The notes beneath the pieces are model-generated. The model was not told where the DNA came from and did not search any database. It saw only the letters and a list, made by a program, of their open reading frames with translations. 61,379 nt of DNA, from positions 1-61,379 of the forward strand of contig WAKA01000126.1 of the NCBI GenBank assembly GCA_015523565.1, given 5' to 3'. Positions 37,638-47,703 of the stretch are shown piece after piece. The translations under genes were made by a program, and so were the position numbers. Source of the stretch: Candidatus Heimdallarchaeota archaeon (lineage in GTDB: Archaea > Asgardarchaeota > Heimdallarchaeia > Heimdallarchaeales > Kariarchaeaceae). Position 1 is the first letter of the stretch, and each line of letters starts with the position of its first letter.

Positions 37638-39500
37638 TTGGGAAAACCACTTGTGTTTCAAAGACCATTTTCCCTGTTGCTTATTCTTGCTCTAATTGTC
37701 AGTGGATTTCCTCCAACTCCGATATCGGCATTGGAAACAGGTTCTGTCAGGTCTGGCATTGTTCCAAACAAGGCACCGATCAAAATAACAATTAAATTCT
37801 GGGGGTTTCCTAACACTTTCTTCATTTCAAATTTGGAATTGCCGAACCATATTGTCCATGAGTATATCGATACACGTGATGATAAAGTCAAGCAATATTG
37901 GGAAGGAATTTTAGGCATCCCTTTTGCATGGGAGTATAAAATCGAATACGTTTATGATACGCAACCTGGAAATATTTTTGATCTGACAAATTTCTTTGCA
38001 GTAAACTCCACAAGCAAAGATAATGTCTTTGTCAATGAAAATGGCACCATAAAAACAGTCTCTGGTAAACAAATGAATGTTAAGACAATGGCTAATTTTC
38101 TTAGAAACTATGATGCCGAAACTGGATATACAATTCATGTTATAGATGGCAGGATATTTGACGCATCCAAAGATTCATTGCATTGGTATTCCATAAATGA
38201 AAACCAAATCTACTTTAGAAATAGTATGGATCTCAGAAATCTAGGTGAAATTTCCTCTACCAGTCTTTTCTATGATGTCAATGCATATGCACCAACATTC
38301 ATTAACATTGAGAATGGAAGCCAAAGAATGATTGATGTTATAGCTTCTGATGTTTTCATTGATCAATTCCTTACTCCAAGATTAAGCGAAATTATTGAGA
38401 AAATAATAATTGGAAGTCCATACTACCGAAAATTTGGTTTTGTAGATTATCGCCGAATTCCCGACTTAGAATTTGCAAAAGTGGTCATTGGCGGGAATTC
38501 CTCTCCAGTCTCCCCCCTGCAAGTTCACTTTAGCACTTCTGCAAATAAATATGAAAATAAAATCCGTGATTTCCTGAGTTTTCTTCCTACTAAAATCAAT
38601 GTCAAAACATCTTTCATGGAAGTGTCTGACAGTAAAAGAATTCAATCTTTCTTATCGTCTTATACAAAAACAATCAATGGATCGAAAGTTATCGTAATGG
38701 ATGATCTGAAAGCAGAGGCACTGAAAAATTCCATCCGCTTTGATAAGTCAATTTACACCCAATTTCCAAGTGGATTTTTCTACCTTACTGTCTTCTTTGA
38801 CCAAGGTACGGATGAAAGAGTACAATTCCTTTATAATAAATCCACTGGTCTTAAAGAATATTCAGCCGATATCATTGGATTGGACATCGTCAACATTTCC
38901 ACATGGCTTGATTCACCAATTGAACGAGCTTCAACTACAATAAGCGATTACGCATTACGTTCAGTCGGGAAACTATTGGGATTGCCAATTCTCAAAAATG
39001 GCATCACTGCTTTTCTTGAAACACCGATGTCAGAATATGGGTATGGGAAATCAAAATCAGGCAAATCATTTTCCCAACTAGAGAAATTTTCATTTTGGAG
39101 AAAACTAGCCATGATATACAATATTTCCAGCATTCTATTGTATAATTCTGCCCTTGCCGATTTAAACAAGAATAACTACAAATTCATACCACATCAAGAA
39201 ATCTATGATGCGGACGCTGTTAGAATTAATGCCACGGTGTTTTGGAAAAGAGGAAACTACAAAAAGGCAATGGAAACATATTTGATAGCTTTTGAAAACA
39301 TGACACAAGCGGTTCAAAAAATCAACAAGAGGATTTTTGCATTTTCAAACAGCCTGATTTTTGCATCTGGAATGTTCCTCTTGTTTTCCGTCTATTCGCT
39401 CATGAAAAGCTATGTGATTCCAGCACCAAATTCAATCGTAAATGCAAAAGGAATTCCTGTTTCTTGGTATTCAAAAAAAGAAGAGAAAAATGAAAAATAA
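37638..39500 (+). CDS. Secreted, C-terminally anchored protein with a degenerate metzincin-like motif
   Basis: Signal-like N-terminus, many NxS/T sequons, RSVGKLLGL...TPMSEY, TM helix near the C-terminus. Confidence 0.6.
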   Translation: MGKPLVFQRPFSLLLILALIVSGFPPTPISALETGSVRSGIVPNKAPIKITIKFWGFPNTFFISNLELPNHIVHEYIDTRDDKVKQYWEGILGIPFAWEYKIEYVYDTQPGNIFDLTNFFAVNSTSKDNVFVNENGTIKTVSGKQMNVKTMANFLRNYDAETGYTIHVIDGRIFDASKDSLHWYSINENQIYFRNSMDLRNLGEISSTSLFYDVNAYAPTFINIENGSQRMIDVIASDVFIDQFLTPRLSEIIEKIIIGSPYYRKFGFVDYRRIPDLEFAKVVIGGNSSPVSPLQVHFSTSANKYENKIRDFLSFLPTKINVKTSFMEVSDSKRIQSFLSSYTKTINGSKVIVMDDLKAEALKNSIRFDKSIYTQFPSGFFYLTVFFDQGTDERVQFLYNKSTGLKEYSADIIGLDIVNISTWLDSPIERASTTISDYALRSVGKLLGLPILKNGITAFLETPMSEYGYGKSKSGKSFSQLEKFSFWRKLAMIYNISSILLYNSALADLNKNNYKFIPHQEIYDADAVRINATVFWKRGNYKKAMETYLIAFENMTQAVQKINKRIFAFSNSLIFASGMFLLFSVYSLMKSYVIPAPNSIVNAKGIPVSWYSKKEEKNEK

Positions 39501-39534
39501 CAATCATTGTTATCAAACAAGTTAAAGAAATCAA

Positions 39535-40023
39535 GTGGATATAGAACTTATGGTTGCAATTGGAGATCCTGCACCAAAAGCTATTTTATGGAAAACAGCC
39601 CCTTCTGGGACAGAAAAACAATTTGATCTTGGGAAATCTTATGAAACTGGAGTTACTGTACTCTACTTCTTTCCTGCGGCCTTTACAGGTGTCTGCACCG
39701 AGTCAAACTGTCAACTCCGTGATGACTTCGAAGAATTTGAGACCCTAAATGCCAAACTTTTTGGTGTTTCCGTTGACTTGCCATTCAGTCAAGCCAAGTT
39801 TATGGAACTTAACAATCTCAATTATCCTTTACTTTCTGATTTCAACAAGGAATTAATTACCGCTTTTGATATTGTTGACAACGATTTTGTAGGATTTAAA
39901 GGCGTTGCAAAACGATCTCTGTTTGCAATAAAAGATGGAAAGATAATATTCAAATGGGTTGCGGATTCACCTGGAAACTTCCCCCCATTCGAGGAACTAA
40001 AAGCAAAATTAAAGGAATTGTAA
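39535..40023 (+). CDS. Peroxiredoxin (BCP/AhpE-like)
   Basis: FFPAAFTGVCTESNCQLRD, GVSVD, LLSDFN. Confidence 0.9.
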   Translation: MDIELMVAIGDPAPKAILWKTAPSGTEKQFDLGKSYETGVTVLYFFPAAFTGVCTESNCQLRDDFEEFETLNAKLFGVSVDLPFSQAKFMELNNLNYPLLSDFNKELITAFDIVDNDFVGFKGVAKRSLFAIKDGKIIFKWVADSPGNFPPFEELKAKLKEL

Positions 40024-40037
40024 CTTTCAAATAAAAT

Positions 40038-40466
40038 GTGGAATTTCAAACCCTGAATGAATTGCACTCAAAATCATTCATTGTACAGACTCTTACAGAG
40101 TTTTTCCTGATATTACTTGCTCTTCATTATTGGCTTCCGATAATGCTTCTTCCTTTTTATTTCCCCTTGAAATTCATTCAAGTCATCTATTATGCTCCGA
40201 GAAATATTAGCATTGACTACCAACCACCTTTGCTGTTTGTGCAAATTAGAACCCTTTGCATTACAAAAAGACATGTCTTGCAATTCCCAAAAGCAAAAAT
40301 CAGGCTAAATATGGATCGCCATTGGAAAGCATTTCTTCTAATTGCAAATGGGGATGGAAGTGTCAAGTTGAAATATAAGCTCAATCCAAGTGATACTTTT
40401 GAAATAATGGATTTTCTCTCGATTCTAGCCAATGGTGTAGTAACAAATATCAAACTCCATAACTAA
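40038..40466 (+). CDS. Hypothetical membrane-associated protein
   Basis: N-terminal hydrophobic segment. No family recognised. Confidence 0.45.
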   Translation: MEFQTLNELHSKSFIVQTLTEFFLILLALHYWLPIMLLPFYFPLKFIQVIYYAPRNISIDYQPPLLFVQIRTLCITKRHVLQFPKAKIRLNMDRHWKAFLLIANGDGSVKLKYKLNPSDTFEIMDFLSILANGVVTNIKLHN

Positions 40467-40497
40467 AAATAAAAGGAATTCCATCAGTAAAGAAAAT

Positions 40498-41004
40498 GTG
40501 GAAATTCCATTCCTTTTGCTTCGAATCCAAATTCCTGAGGAATATCTGATCAATGCCAGACAAATTACAATTGAAATGTTAATGGAACACTTACAAGCTA
40601 AACCCGCAGTAATTTTCAATTTTTACGCACAGGCATATGGAGTGGAGGTGAAAGATTACAAATACTTACCTAATGGTGGTTTTTTTGTAGATTTTGAAAC
40701 CCGTCATTGTACTCATTATGCAGAAATCAAAGGAATTGAAAGAAGAGATCGGCTTTTCTCAGAAAAGATTTACCAGCCTCTTGTTCCCCCCATTTACCGA
40801 GAAAGTTGGTTTGATAAAAAAGACGCAATTCGCTCATATGCTATCATCATTACGAAAATCATTCCATTATCCCACCCCATTCCTATTGAAGATTTTCTTC
40901 TTTACGAATCAAATGGAAATGTATCCCCATTTGATGATCTTCACCATCCTAGACCAGTATTGCCACCTGAATATTGGCAAAAAGAAACTATGTCCTTAAT
41001 GTAA
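40498..41004 (+). CDS. Hypothetical protein, possibly PUA/ASCH/EVE-like fold
   Basis: YAIIITKIIPLSHPIPIEDF resembles the C-terminal motif of ASCH/EVE domains. Confidence 0.45.
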   Translation: MEIPFLLLRIQIPEEYLINARQITIEMLMEHLQAKPAVIFNFYAQAYGVEVKDYKYLPNGGFFVDFETRHCTHYAEIKGIERRDRLFSEKIYQPLVPPIYRESWFDKKDAIRSYAIIITKIIPLSHPIPIEDFLLYESNGNVSPFDDLHHPRPVLPPEYWQKETMSLM

Positions 41005-41089
41005 GCCTTAGTGTATGGATGCCATTTTTTAAAAACAAATAATAAAAATTACATTTCTTTTTTAATTACTAACATGTTATGAAGTAATT

Positions 41090-41368
41090 TTATGCGTCTA
41101 TCTCTATTCCTTCTTCCTCAAGGATTGTCTCTACTTCATGGAGCTTGTCTGCTGCCAATTGATAAAAAACAGATCGCATATCCTTCAAGTTTGGATATCG
41201 GACAATCAATCCTCTCTCCATGAGTCTTCGAATACAATACCTTACAGACCTAATCGGAAGATTTAGAGTATTAATAATCTCCTTTTGGGTCTTTCGTCCA
41301 TGGTCATGAAGGAATCTTAACATTATGATAGCGTTTGCAGGGAGTTTTTGTTCATTTTGCGAATACAT
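41090..41368 (-). CDS. MarR/TrmB-like winged-helix regulator
   Basis: KTQKEIINTLNLPIRSVRYCIRRLMERGLI...PNLKDMRSVFY. Confidence 0.8.
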   Translation of the reverse strand: MYSQNEQKLPANAIIMLRFLHDHGRKTQKEIINTLNLPIRSVRYCIRRLMERGLIVRYPNLKDMRSVFYQLAADKLHEVETILEEEGIEIDA

Positions 41369-41789
41369 TAACGAAACTTAGGTTTTGGAGTATATTAATT
41401 TTATCCGAGTAAAAATATTAATCGAATTTCTTATTAAATCACTATGTGTTGTACGAATCATTCCGAAATTTTGATTTTGTGTTTACGCTGTTCGAATATA
41501 GATTTCGAATTATTTTGGCGCTATTCGCGGAATCGTAACGCCTGAATTTTTTCTTACATCATCTCTTCAACTTTGTTACAATATTTTCATATAGTTTTAT
41601 AATCCTTTTCAATTTGGCTTTTATAGGGCTTAATTTCCAAAATTAACCAAATATTTCATCAATTGGCCTTTACAATATATCTGATTGTTGTAATGCCAAA
41701 TGATAAATAAACCTTTATCCGCATAAAACAGAGGTTTAAATACATAAATTATGAAAATTCAGTTTTTCTTCCCCTATTTAACCCTTTAG

Positions 41790-42821
41790 ATGATTTTGAG
41801 ACTTAATGTCTCATTGTTGTTCCTAATGCTCTGTTTAATTAAATACCAATCAATAATGCATAATGTGACTGATTTTGTGAAAAAAGATGGATATAAAATC
41901 GTTAAGTCAGACTCAGAGGCATTAGAGGGAATTGAAACAATTCTGAACAAAAGAATTCCAATCGTTTCTGATGTGGGATCAGACATCTTTGGTGCTGTTC
42001 TTTGGTTCAGGAGGATTATTGGTCTTTCCATCAATGGAGCAAATCTGCATGAAATTCCTGACGACATTTCGAATCTTTCAGAGCTTCGTTTCCTCTATCT
42101 AGAAAATAACCTCATTTCTGAAATTCCTGTTTCCATTAAAAGACTCAATAACTTGGAAACATTTTCTATTGCATCCAACATTGTCAAAAATATTTCAAAC
42201 ATCCCAACAAGCATAAAGATTCTAAATGTGTCCAACAATAAATTACGCGGAAAAGTATCAATATGTCTTCCAAATCTGCAAGAATTTATATCATACAGGA
42301 ATGGTCTTTCTATGGTTCAATTTTTTGAAACAAAAAATCTAGAGATTGTTAATCTGTCCAATAATGCCCTGACTTCTTCACCAACTTCTGAAAGCATACC
42401 AAGTTTGAAATCATTAATTCTCAAGAATAACCAAATCTCCGATCTCCCTCATAAAATTCCATCAACAATCAAGCATATTGACCTTTCAAAAAACAAGCTA
42501 AATGCAAATCTGGATCTGACTTCATGGGGTGCATTGCCGAATCTCAATGAACTTGATTTGTCATCAAATGGTCTTGTTTCACTTAGACTAATTCCTAATC
42601 AATTTCCCTCTTTGCGGGTTTTGAAACTATCAAACAATAGGTTTCAAGCAATTCCAAAAGAACTTCAGACAATGCAAAAATTGGAAAAAATCTTTCTTGG
42701 GGGGAATCAACTCATATCGTTTGACATCAATGAAAATCCCTGGCCATTATTGAAATATGTAGACTTGAAACATAATCCAATCCAAACTAAACCAAAATGG
42801 CTAAAAAAACTAAAGGGATAG
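41790..42821 (+). CDS. Leucine-rich repeat protein
   Basis: About 11 LxxLxLxxN repeats. The true start is probably later (MHNVTDF). Confidence 0.9.
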   Translation: MILRLNVSLLFLMLCLIKYQSIMHNVTDFVKKDGYKIVKSDSEALEGIETILNKRIPIVSDVGSDIFGAVLWFRRIIGLSINGANLHEIPDDISNLSELRFLYLENNLISEIPVSIKRLNNLETFSIASNIVKNISNIPTSIKILNVSNNKLRGKVSICLPNLQEFISYRNGLSMVQFFETKNLEIVNLSNNALTSSPTSESIPSLKSLILKNNQISDLPHKIPSTIKHIDLSKNKLNANLDLTSWGALPNLNELDLSSNGLVSLRLIPNQFPSLRVLKLSNNRFQAIPKELQTMQKLEKIFLGGNQLISFDINENPWPLLKYVDLKHNPIQTKPKWLKKLKG

Positions 42822-43181
42822 CTCATTCAATTCTCTACATTCCTCTAAAGTTGCCACTGCCCTTCTCAGATGTGGGATGACAATGGAACCTCCAACAACC
42901 AAGGCAATATTGAAGGTTTCCCAAAATTCTTCATTAGTCACCCCTTCCAATACCGATTGGATAATGTGGTATGTTATGCAGTCATCACACCTGAGAACCA
43001 TAGATGCTACTAAACCAAGCAATTCCTTGGTTTTTTTTGGAAGTGCACCATTGCTATATGCTTGTGTATCCAAAGTAAAGAATCTCTTTATCCCCAAATG
43101 TCCACTTTCCAATATTTTTCTATTCATTTTTTCTCTGAATTCCTTGAATTCATCAAGTGACTGATGGTTTAGTTCACCCAT
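42810..43181 (-). CDS. Carboxymuconolactone decarboxylase (AhpD-like) family protein
   Basis: GALPKKTKELLGLVASMVLRCDDCITYH. Confidence 0.9.
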   Translation of the reverse strand: MGELNHQSLDEFKEFREKMNRKILESGHLGIKRFFTLDTQAYSNGALPKKTKELLGLVASMVLRCDDCITYHIIQSVLEGVTNEEFWETFNIALVVGGSIVIPHLRRAVATLEECRELNELSL

Positions 43182-43304
43182 AAATTAAAATTTCCTGTGT
43201 TATATTATTGGTTCCGATTTAAGCAAACAAAAAATTTACAGAATATGACTTTTCCATCAATCATCATGAATTAAAATTTTAAGTGCTTTCAAGCAGAGAC
43301 AATC

Positions 43305-44840
43305 ATGTCAGAGGATGTCTTGCTTTCATACAATCCTGAAAGTCCTTTTACCCCTGATTCCCAACATTGGGGGGATCAACCTTGGTATAAGAAAAACATA
43401 ATCAAATGGGCTCTGTATGATTTGGGAAATACCATTTATTCAATGGTTGTTGTCTCATTGACCATCGGTGCTTTACTCTACATCAAGTATTATGAGCAAG
43501 GCATGCCTGGTAATGAGGCAGTATCAAAGGGAAACAACACATTGGCAATAGCACTTATGATTGGTAACTTAATAATGGCTTTTGCATCTCCCTTTCTTGG
43601 TGCAATTGCAGATCAAAGGTCAGAAAGGAAAAGACTTTTGATGAAGGTGACTTGGCTCTGTATCACGTTCATGGCAATGCTTGGACTTTCATATTGGGTT
43701 GACGACATCCTGATATTGGTCATAATATTCTTGGCCGCCAATTTATTCTATCAAATTGGATTAATAATTTACGATTCAATGTTACCTTTTATTGCAGACA
43801 AAGAAGATATTGGCAAGGTCTCTGGTTTTGCCATTGCTGTTGGATATTTTGGCTCAATCATTGGAATTGGTCTTGGGTTTATGTTGATTGCTCTCGGTTT
43901 CCCTGATTATGTAGTCAGACCTGCAAAAGAAGTCAATGGAGTCTTGCAACCCGATCAATTTGAAATTGGTTATATCCCTTACATTTATCCTCTGGCCGCG
44001 ATTGTTTTTCTTTTGTTTGCACTTCCCATGTATACTGTCAAAGAAAAAACACTTCGTGAAAGAACTACTGACATTGAAAAAACACTTGCCCAAACAATGG
44101 ATGAAGTCATCGACACAGCAAAAGAAATCGCAAAATATAGGTCTATGAAGTTGTTTATCATTGGTTGGTTGATTTTCGTCGACGCCGCCAATACTGTGAT
44201 CGCATTTATGGGGCAAATGGTCACTGTTGGTCTAGAATTTGGAAAAAGTCAATATGCCTTGATTGTATTGGGGATCGGCATCATTACTGCTGTCCTGCTA
44301 ACCTATCCTGTGGGATTGTTTGCAGACAAGTATGGTCCAAGAAAAACATTGTTCCTTATTACCTTCCTATGGCTATTAAGCATGACCCTTGCATTTTTCA
44401 CCAATATAACGGATCATTCCGCTAAAGAGCTGGGTCTTGCAGGTCCCACTGCCCCATGGTTGGTTTATGTCTTCCCAATCATTGTGGGTCCTGCCTTAGG
44501 TGGTACTTGGGTCGTTCAGCGCCAATACCTTACTGAATTGTCCCCTCCCAAAAAAGTGGGAAATTATTTTGGTTTTGCCAATATTTTCGGGAGAATCTCT
44601 GCTGCATTCGGACCGATTATTTTCACAAAAATGATTGATTTCTTCTGGCTGGAACTCGGATATAGCATAAATGTCTCAACTAGGCTCGGAATTTTCGTTC
44701 TGGGTACCTTATTGATTATTGGATTCGTAATTCTGCTTTTTGTGAAAGACCCTCACGAGTATTATCTGAAAGGTGCAAAAGCTAATGGCAAAGGACAATG
44801 GCTAATCGGTGCAAATGTCTTGTTTGATGAAAATGAATAG
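43305..44840 (+). CDS. MFS transporter (UMF1/Atg22-like)
   Basis: WALYDLGN, SPFLGAIAD, YDSMLP, about 12 TM. Confidence 0.88.
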   Translation: MSEDVLLSYNPESPFTPDSQHWGDQPWYKKNIIKWALYDLGNTIYSMVVVSLTIGALLYIKYYEQGMPGNEAVSKGNNTLAIALMIGNLIMAFASPFLGAIADQRSERKRLLMKVTWLCITFMAMLGLSYWVDDILILVIIFLAANLFYQIGLIIYDSMLPFIADKEDIGKVSGFAIAVGYFGSIIGIGLGFMLIALGFPDYVVRPAKEVNGVLQPDQFEIGYIPYIYPLAAIVFLLFALPMYTVKEKTLRERTTDIEKTLAQTMDEVIDTAKEIAKYRSMKLFIIGWLIFVDAANTVIAFMGQMVTVGLEFGKSQYALIVLGIGIITAVLLTYPVGLFADKYGPRKTLFLITFLWLLSMTLAFFTNITDHSAKELGLAGPTAPWLVYVFPIIVGPALGGTWVVQRQYLTELSPPKKVGNYFGFANIFGRISAAFGPIIFTKMIDFFWLELGYSINVSTRLGIFVLGTLLIIGFVILLFVKDPHEYYLKGAKANGKGQWLIGANVLFDENE

Positions 44841-44886
44841 TCTCTTATCGCTTATTTTTTTAGTTGGAAACCATATTTTCTATATA

Positions 44887-45906
44887 ATGAGCACGACATC
44901 AGTCTCGCTTTCCGACCAAGATATTGAAGAGGAAGCAGAAAGGCTTTATTCTGAATTGAAAAATGTCGGGTGGACATATGAGGATTGTGCAATCATAGCT
45001 CCACTCACCTTGGAAATCAATCAAATTAAAAAAGAGAAAAATGCAATCATTTTAGCACATAGCTATGTCACCCCAGACATTATCTTTGGTGTTGCAGACT
45101 TTTCAGGGGATTCACTGGGACTTTCCAAAAAAGCGGCAGAAACAGATGCCGACATGATTGTCTTTGCTGGAGTCGTTTTTATGGCTGAAACCGCAAAAAT
45201 CCTTTCCCCCGACAAGACTGTTGTTGTTCCCGATATAGAGGCTGGATGTTCTCTGGCTGACGGAATCACTGCTGAAGATGTTAGAAAGCTGAAAGAAAAA
45301 TATCCTGGCATCCCTGTTGTGGCATATGTCAACACAACAGCCGCAGTCAAGGCAGAGGCAGATGTCTGCGTTACTTCTGCCAATGTTGAAAAAATAGTCT
45401 CAAAACTGGATTCAGACAAAATTATCTTTATCCCTGACAAAAACATGGCTAACTATCTCAGAACAGTTACTGACAAGGAAATTATTGATTATGATGCAAC
45501 TTGTGTTGTCCATGACAATATCAATCCTGACTCTATAGAGATTGCACGAGAAAGGTTTGGGGAAGTAGTCATCTTGGCACATAGTGAATGCCCCCCTGAT
45601 GTTCTTGATAAGGTTGATCTCGTGGAAGGAACATCTGGAATGAAAAAATACATCGAAGAACATCCTGAAGCAAAACGTATCATGCTGGCGACCGAATGCG
45701 GACTGGCTGACCGTTTCAGTGTTGAATTTCCAGATCGCGAGTTCATTGGGTCATGTGTAATGTGCCCTTATATGAAACGAAATGAACTTCGCAAGGTATT
45801 GAAGGCGCTGAAAAATCCTGATCCTGAACAAATTATCCAAATCCCTGAAGATATACGTATCAAGGCAAAGAAGTCACTTGACAAAATGTTTGAACTTGGT
45901 CAGTAG
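44887..45906 (+). CDS. nadA: Quinolinate synthase
   Basis: ILAHSY, GVVFMAET, AGCSLAD, YVNT, CVVH, AHSEC, CPYMK. Start at ATG 44887. Confidence 0.95.
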   Translation: MSTTSVSLSDQDIEEEAERLYSELKNVGWTYEDCAIIAPLTLEINQIKKEKNAIILAHSYVTPDIIFGVADFSGDSLGLSKKAAETDADMIVFAGVVFMAETAKILSPDKTVVVPDIEAGCSLADGITAEDVRKLKEKYPGIPVVAYVNTTAAVKAEADVCVTSANVEKIVSKLDSDKIIFIPDKNMANYLRTVTDKEIIDYDATCVVHDNINPDSIEIARERFGEVVILAHSECPPDVLDKVDLVEGTSGMKKYIEEHPEAKRIMLATECGLADRFSVEFPDREFIGSCVMCPYMKRNELRKVLKALKNPDPEQIIQIPEDIRIKAKKSLDKMFELGQ

Positions 45907-45907
45907 A

Positions 45908-47569
45908 TTATGATGGTCGCCACATTTTCTCTTTCACAAAATTCCTGTAATTTTCAACCTCTTGGATCTTTCGCTCTTCACTCCATTCCAGCTCATTAGC
46001 CATAAGCTCTCCAACTTTTTCAACTGCTTCCAATCCATTCCCCTCGCAAAAAGCCAATTGAAATCTTCTTCTTAACACATCAATGATGGTTCTTGCATGT
46101 TCATACCTTGCTGCAACTACAACCATTGCCTGTATAAACGGTAAGCCTTCAACTAAAGGATTCTTTAATTCCTCATTCTCTTCTAGAACCTTTTCAATCA
46201 ATTCAATTGAAGAACCATAATGGTGAATTAGTGTCTCTATTGTTCTTTCACTGAACCCATACCTTTCCTTGAATTCGAATGAAATTTTCTCTTTAAAGCT
46301 TTCAAAACCGTCCCACTCATCAAAGTCCCCTCCCCAAATTGGTAGTTTGTCTGTTAGGCATTTCATTCCACGTCTGTTATAACCCAAATTTCTAACTGCT
46401 CTGTCCACAACCTCCTTCGCCATTAGCCTATATGTAGTCAATTTCCCACCTGCAATTGAAATGACATCTCCATAATCCTTTATTGTGTGTTCACGACTGG
46501 TTTTCCGTTCATCCTTTCCGGGCTGGTAAATTAATGGTCTTACTCCTGCAAATGTGGAATATATATCTTCATACGAATAGTTCGCATCAGGGAAAAGTTT
46601 GTTTAATGCATCCAAAATATAGTCAATGTCTTCCTTGTCTGCCACTACCTTATCTGGTGAATCCTTCCAATCTGTATCTGTCGTTCCTACAATATCGTAC
46701 TCGCCCCAAGGCATTACAAAAATTGGACGGTCATCCGTATTCGCCAAAAGAATGCAATGATCCTTCAATCTGGGTTTTACTGTCAAATGGATACCTTTCG
46801 TCCTTCTCACCCTTATATGCCCCTCAAAGTTATCATCCAAATTCTCTGTCAGATCTGACCAAGGTCCAGTTGCATTGACCAATAAACGTGTCTTTACTTT
46901 GAACTCCTCTTGGGTTTCCTCATCCACAATTGTCAGTTCTACACCATCATCAACTCTCGTCCAATGTTTTAACCTTGCATAATTCAAGGCATCACCATGC
47001 CCTGACAGTCCATCAAGGATATTGCTTAATACCAACCGTGAATCATTTGTCCTCGTATCAAAATAGTAAGCTCCCTTTATGATATCATCATTGTTTACGA
47101 TAGGAAACCTCTCGATCAATTCATCTCTCTTCAACATTTTATGACGACCTATTTGCTTGGGAAAAGCCAAGATATCATAGGCAATCAATCCTAGTTTTAC
47201 CTTCCATGGTTTCTGTTTTGTCCATGTATACAGTGGAATGACAAATGGCATCACCTTTGAAAAATGTGGCGTGAGATCAGCAACCACTTTCCGCTCCAAC
47301 GCCGCTTCCCTTACCAGCTTGAATTCATAATTCTCTAGATATCTCAATCCCCCATGTAACAATTTTGAACTTTCTGAAGATGTGCCACTTGCAAAATCCC
47401 CCTTTTCAACCAGTCCAACATTCAAACCCCTTAACATGGCATCACGGAAAATTCCTGCCCCTGTAATCCCGCCTCCCACAACAAAAATATCATAATACCG
47501 TTTCTTCATTCTTTCCAATACATCTTCCCTTGTTGGAATGGTCTCTGCCAAATGTTCTTCCGTTTCCAT
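45908..47569 (-). CDS. glpD: FAD-dependent glycerol-3-phosphate dehydrogenase/oxidase
   Basis: VGGGITGAG, DFASGTSSESSKLLHGGLRYL, FAGVRPL, GGKLTTYRLMA. Confidence 0.92.
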   Translation of the reverse strand: METEEHLAETIPTREDVLERMKKRYYDIFVVGGGITGAGIFRDAMLRGLNVGLVEKGDFASGTSSESSKLLHGGLRYLENYEFKLVREAALERKVVADLTPHFSKVMPFVIPLYTWTKQKPWKVKLGLIAYDILAFPKQIGRHKMLKRDELIERFPIVNNDDIIKGAYYFDTRTNDSRLVLSNILDGLSGHGDALNYARLKHWTRVDDGVELTIVDEETQEEFKVKTRLLVNATGPWSDLTENLDDNFEGHIRVRRTKGIHLTVKPRLKDHCILLANTDDRPIFVMPWGEYDIVGTTDTDWKDSPDKVVADKEDIDYILDALNKLFPDANYSYEDIYSTFAGVRPLIYQPGKDERKTSREHTIKDYGDVISIAGGKLTTYRLMAKEVVDRAVRNLGYNRRGMKCLTDKLPIWGGDFDEWDGFESFKEKISFEFKERYGFSERTIETLIHHYGSSIELIEKVLEENEELKNPLVEGLPFIQAMVVVAARYEHARTIIDVLRRRFQLAFCEGNGLEAVEKVGELMANELEWSEERKIQEVENYRNFVKEKMWRPS

Positions 47570-47703
47570 TTCAATTAAACCTCTTTTGAGGTTTCATATA
47601 TATTGGTTCAATATACAGAATTTCTTCCTAATTATTGGAAAATCCCTTGCAAAATTCCGAATTTAGTCATAGATTTTAATTTGCAAAGACACATTGAAAA
47701 CTT

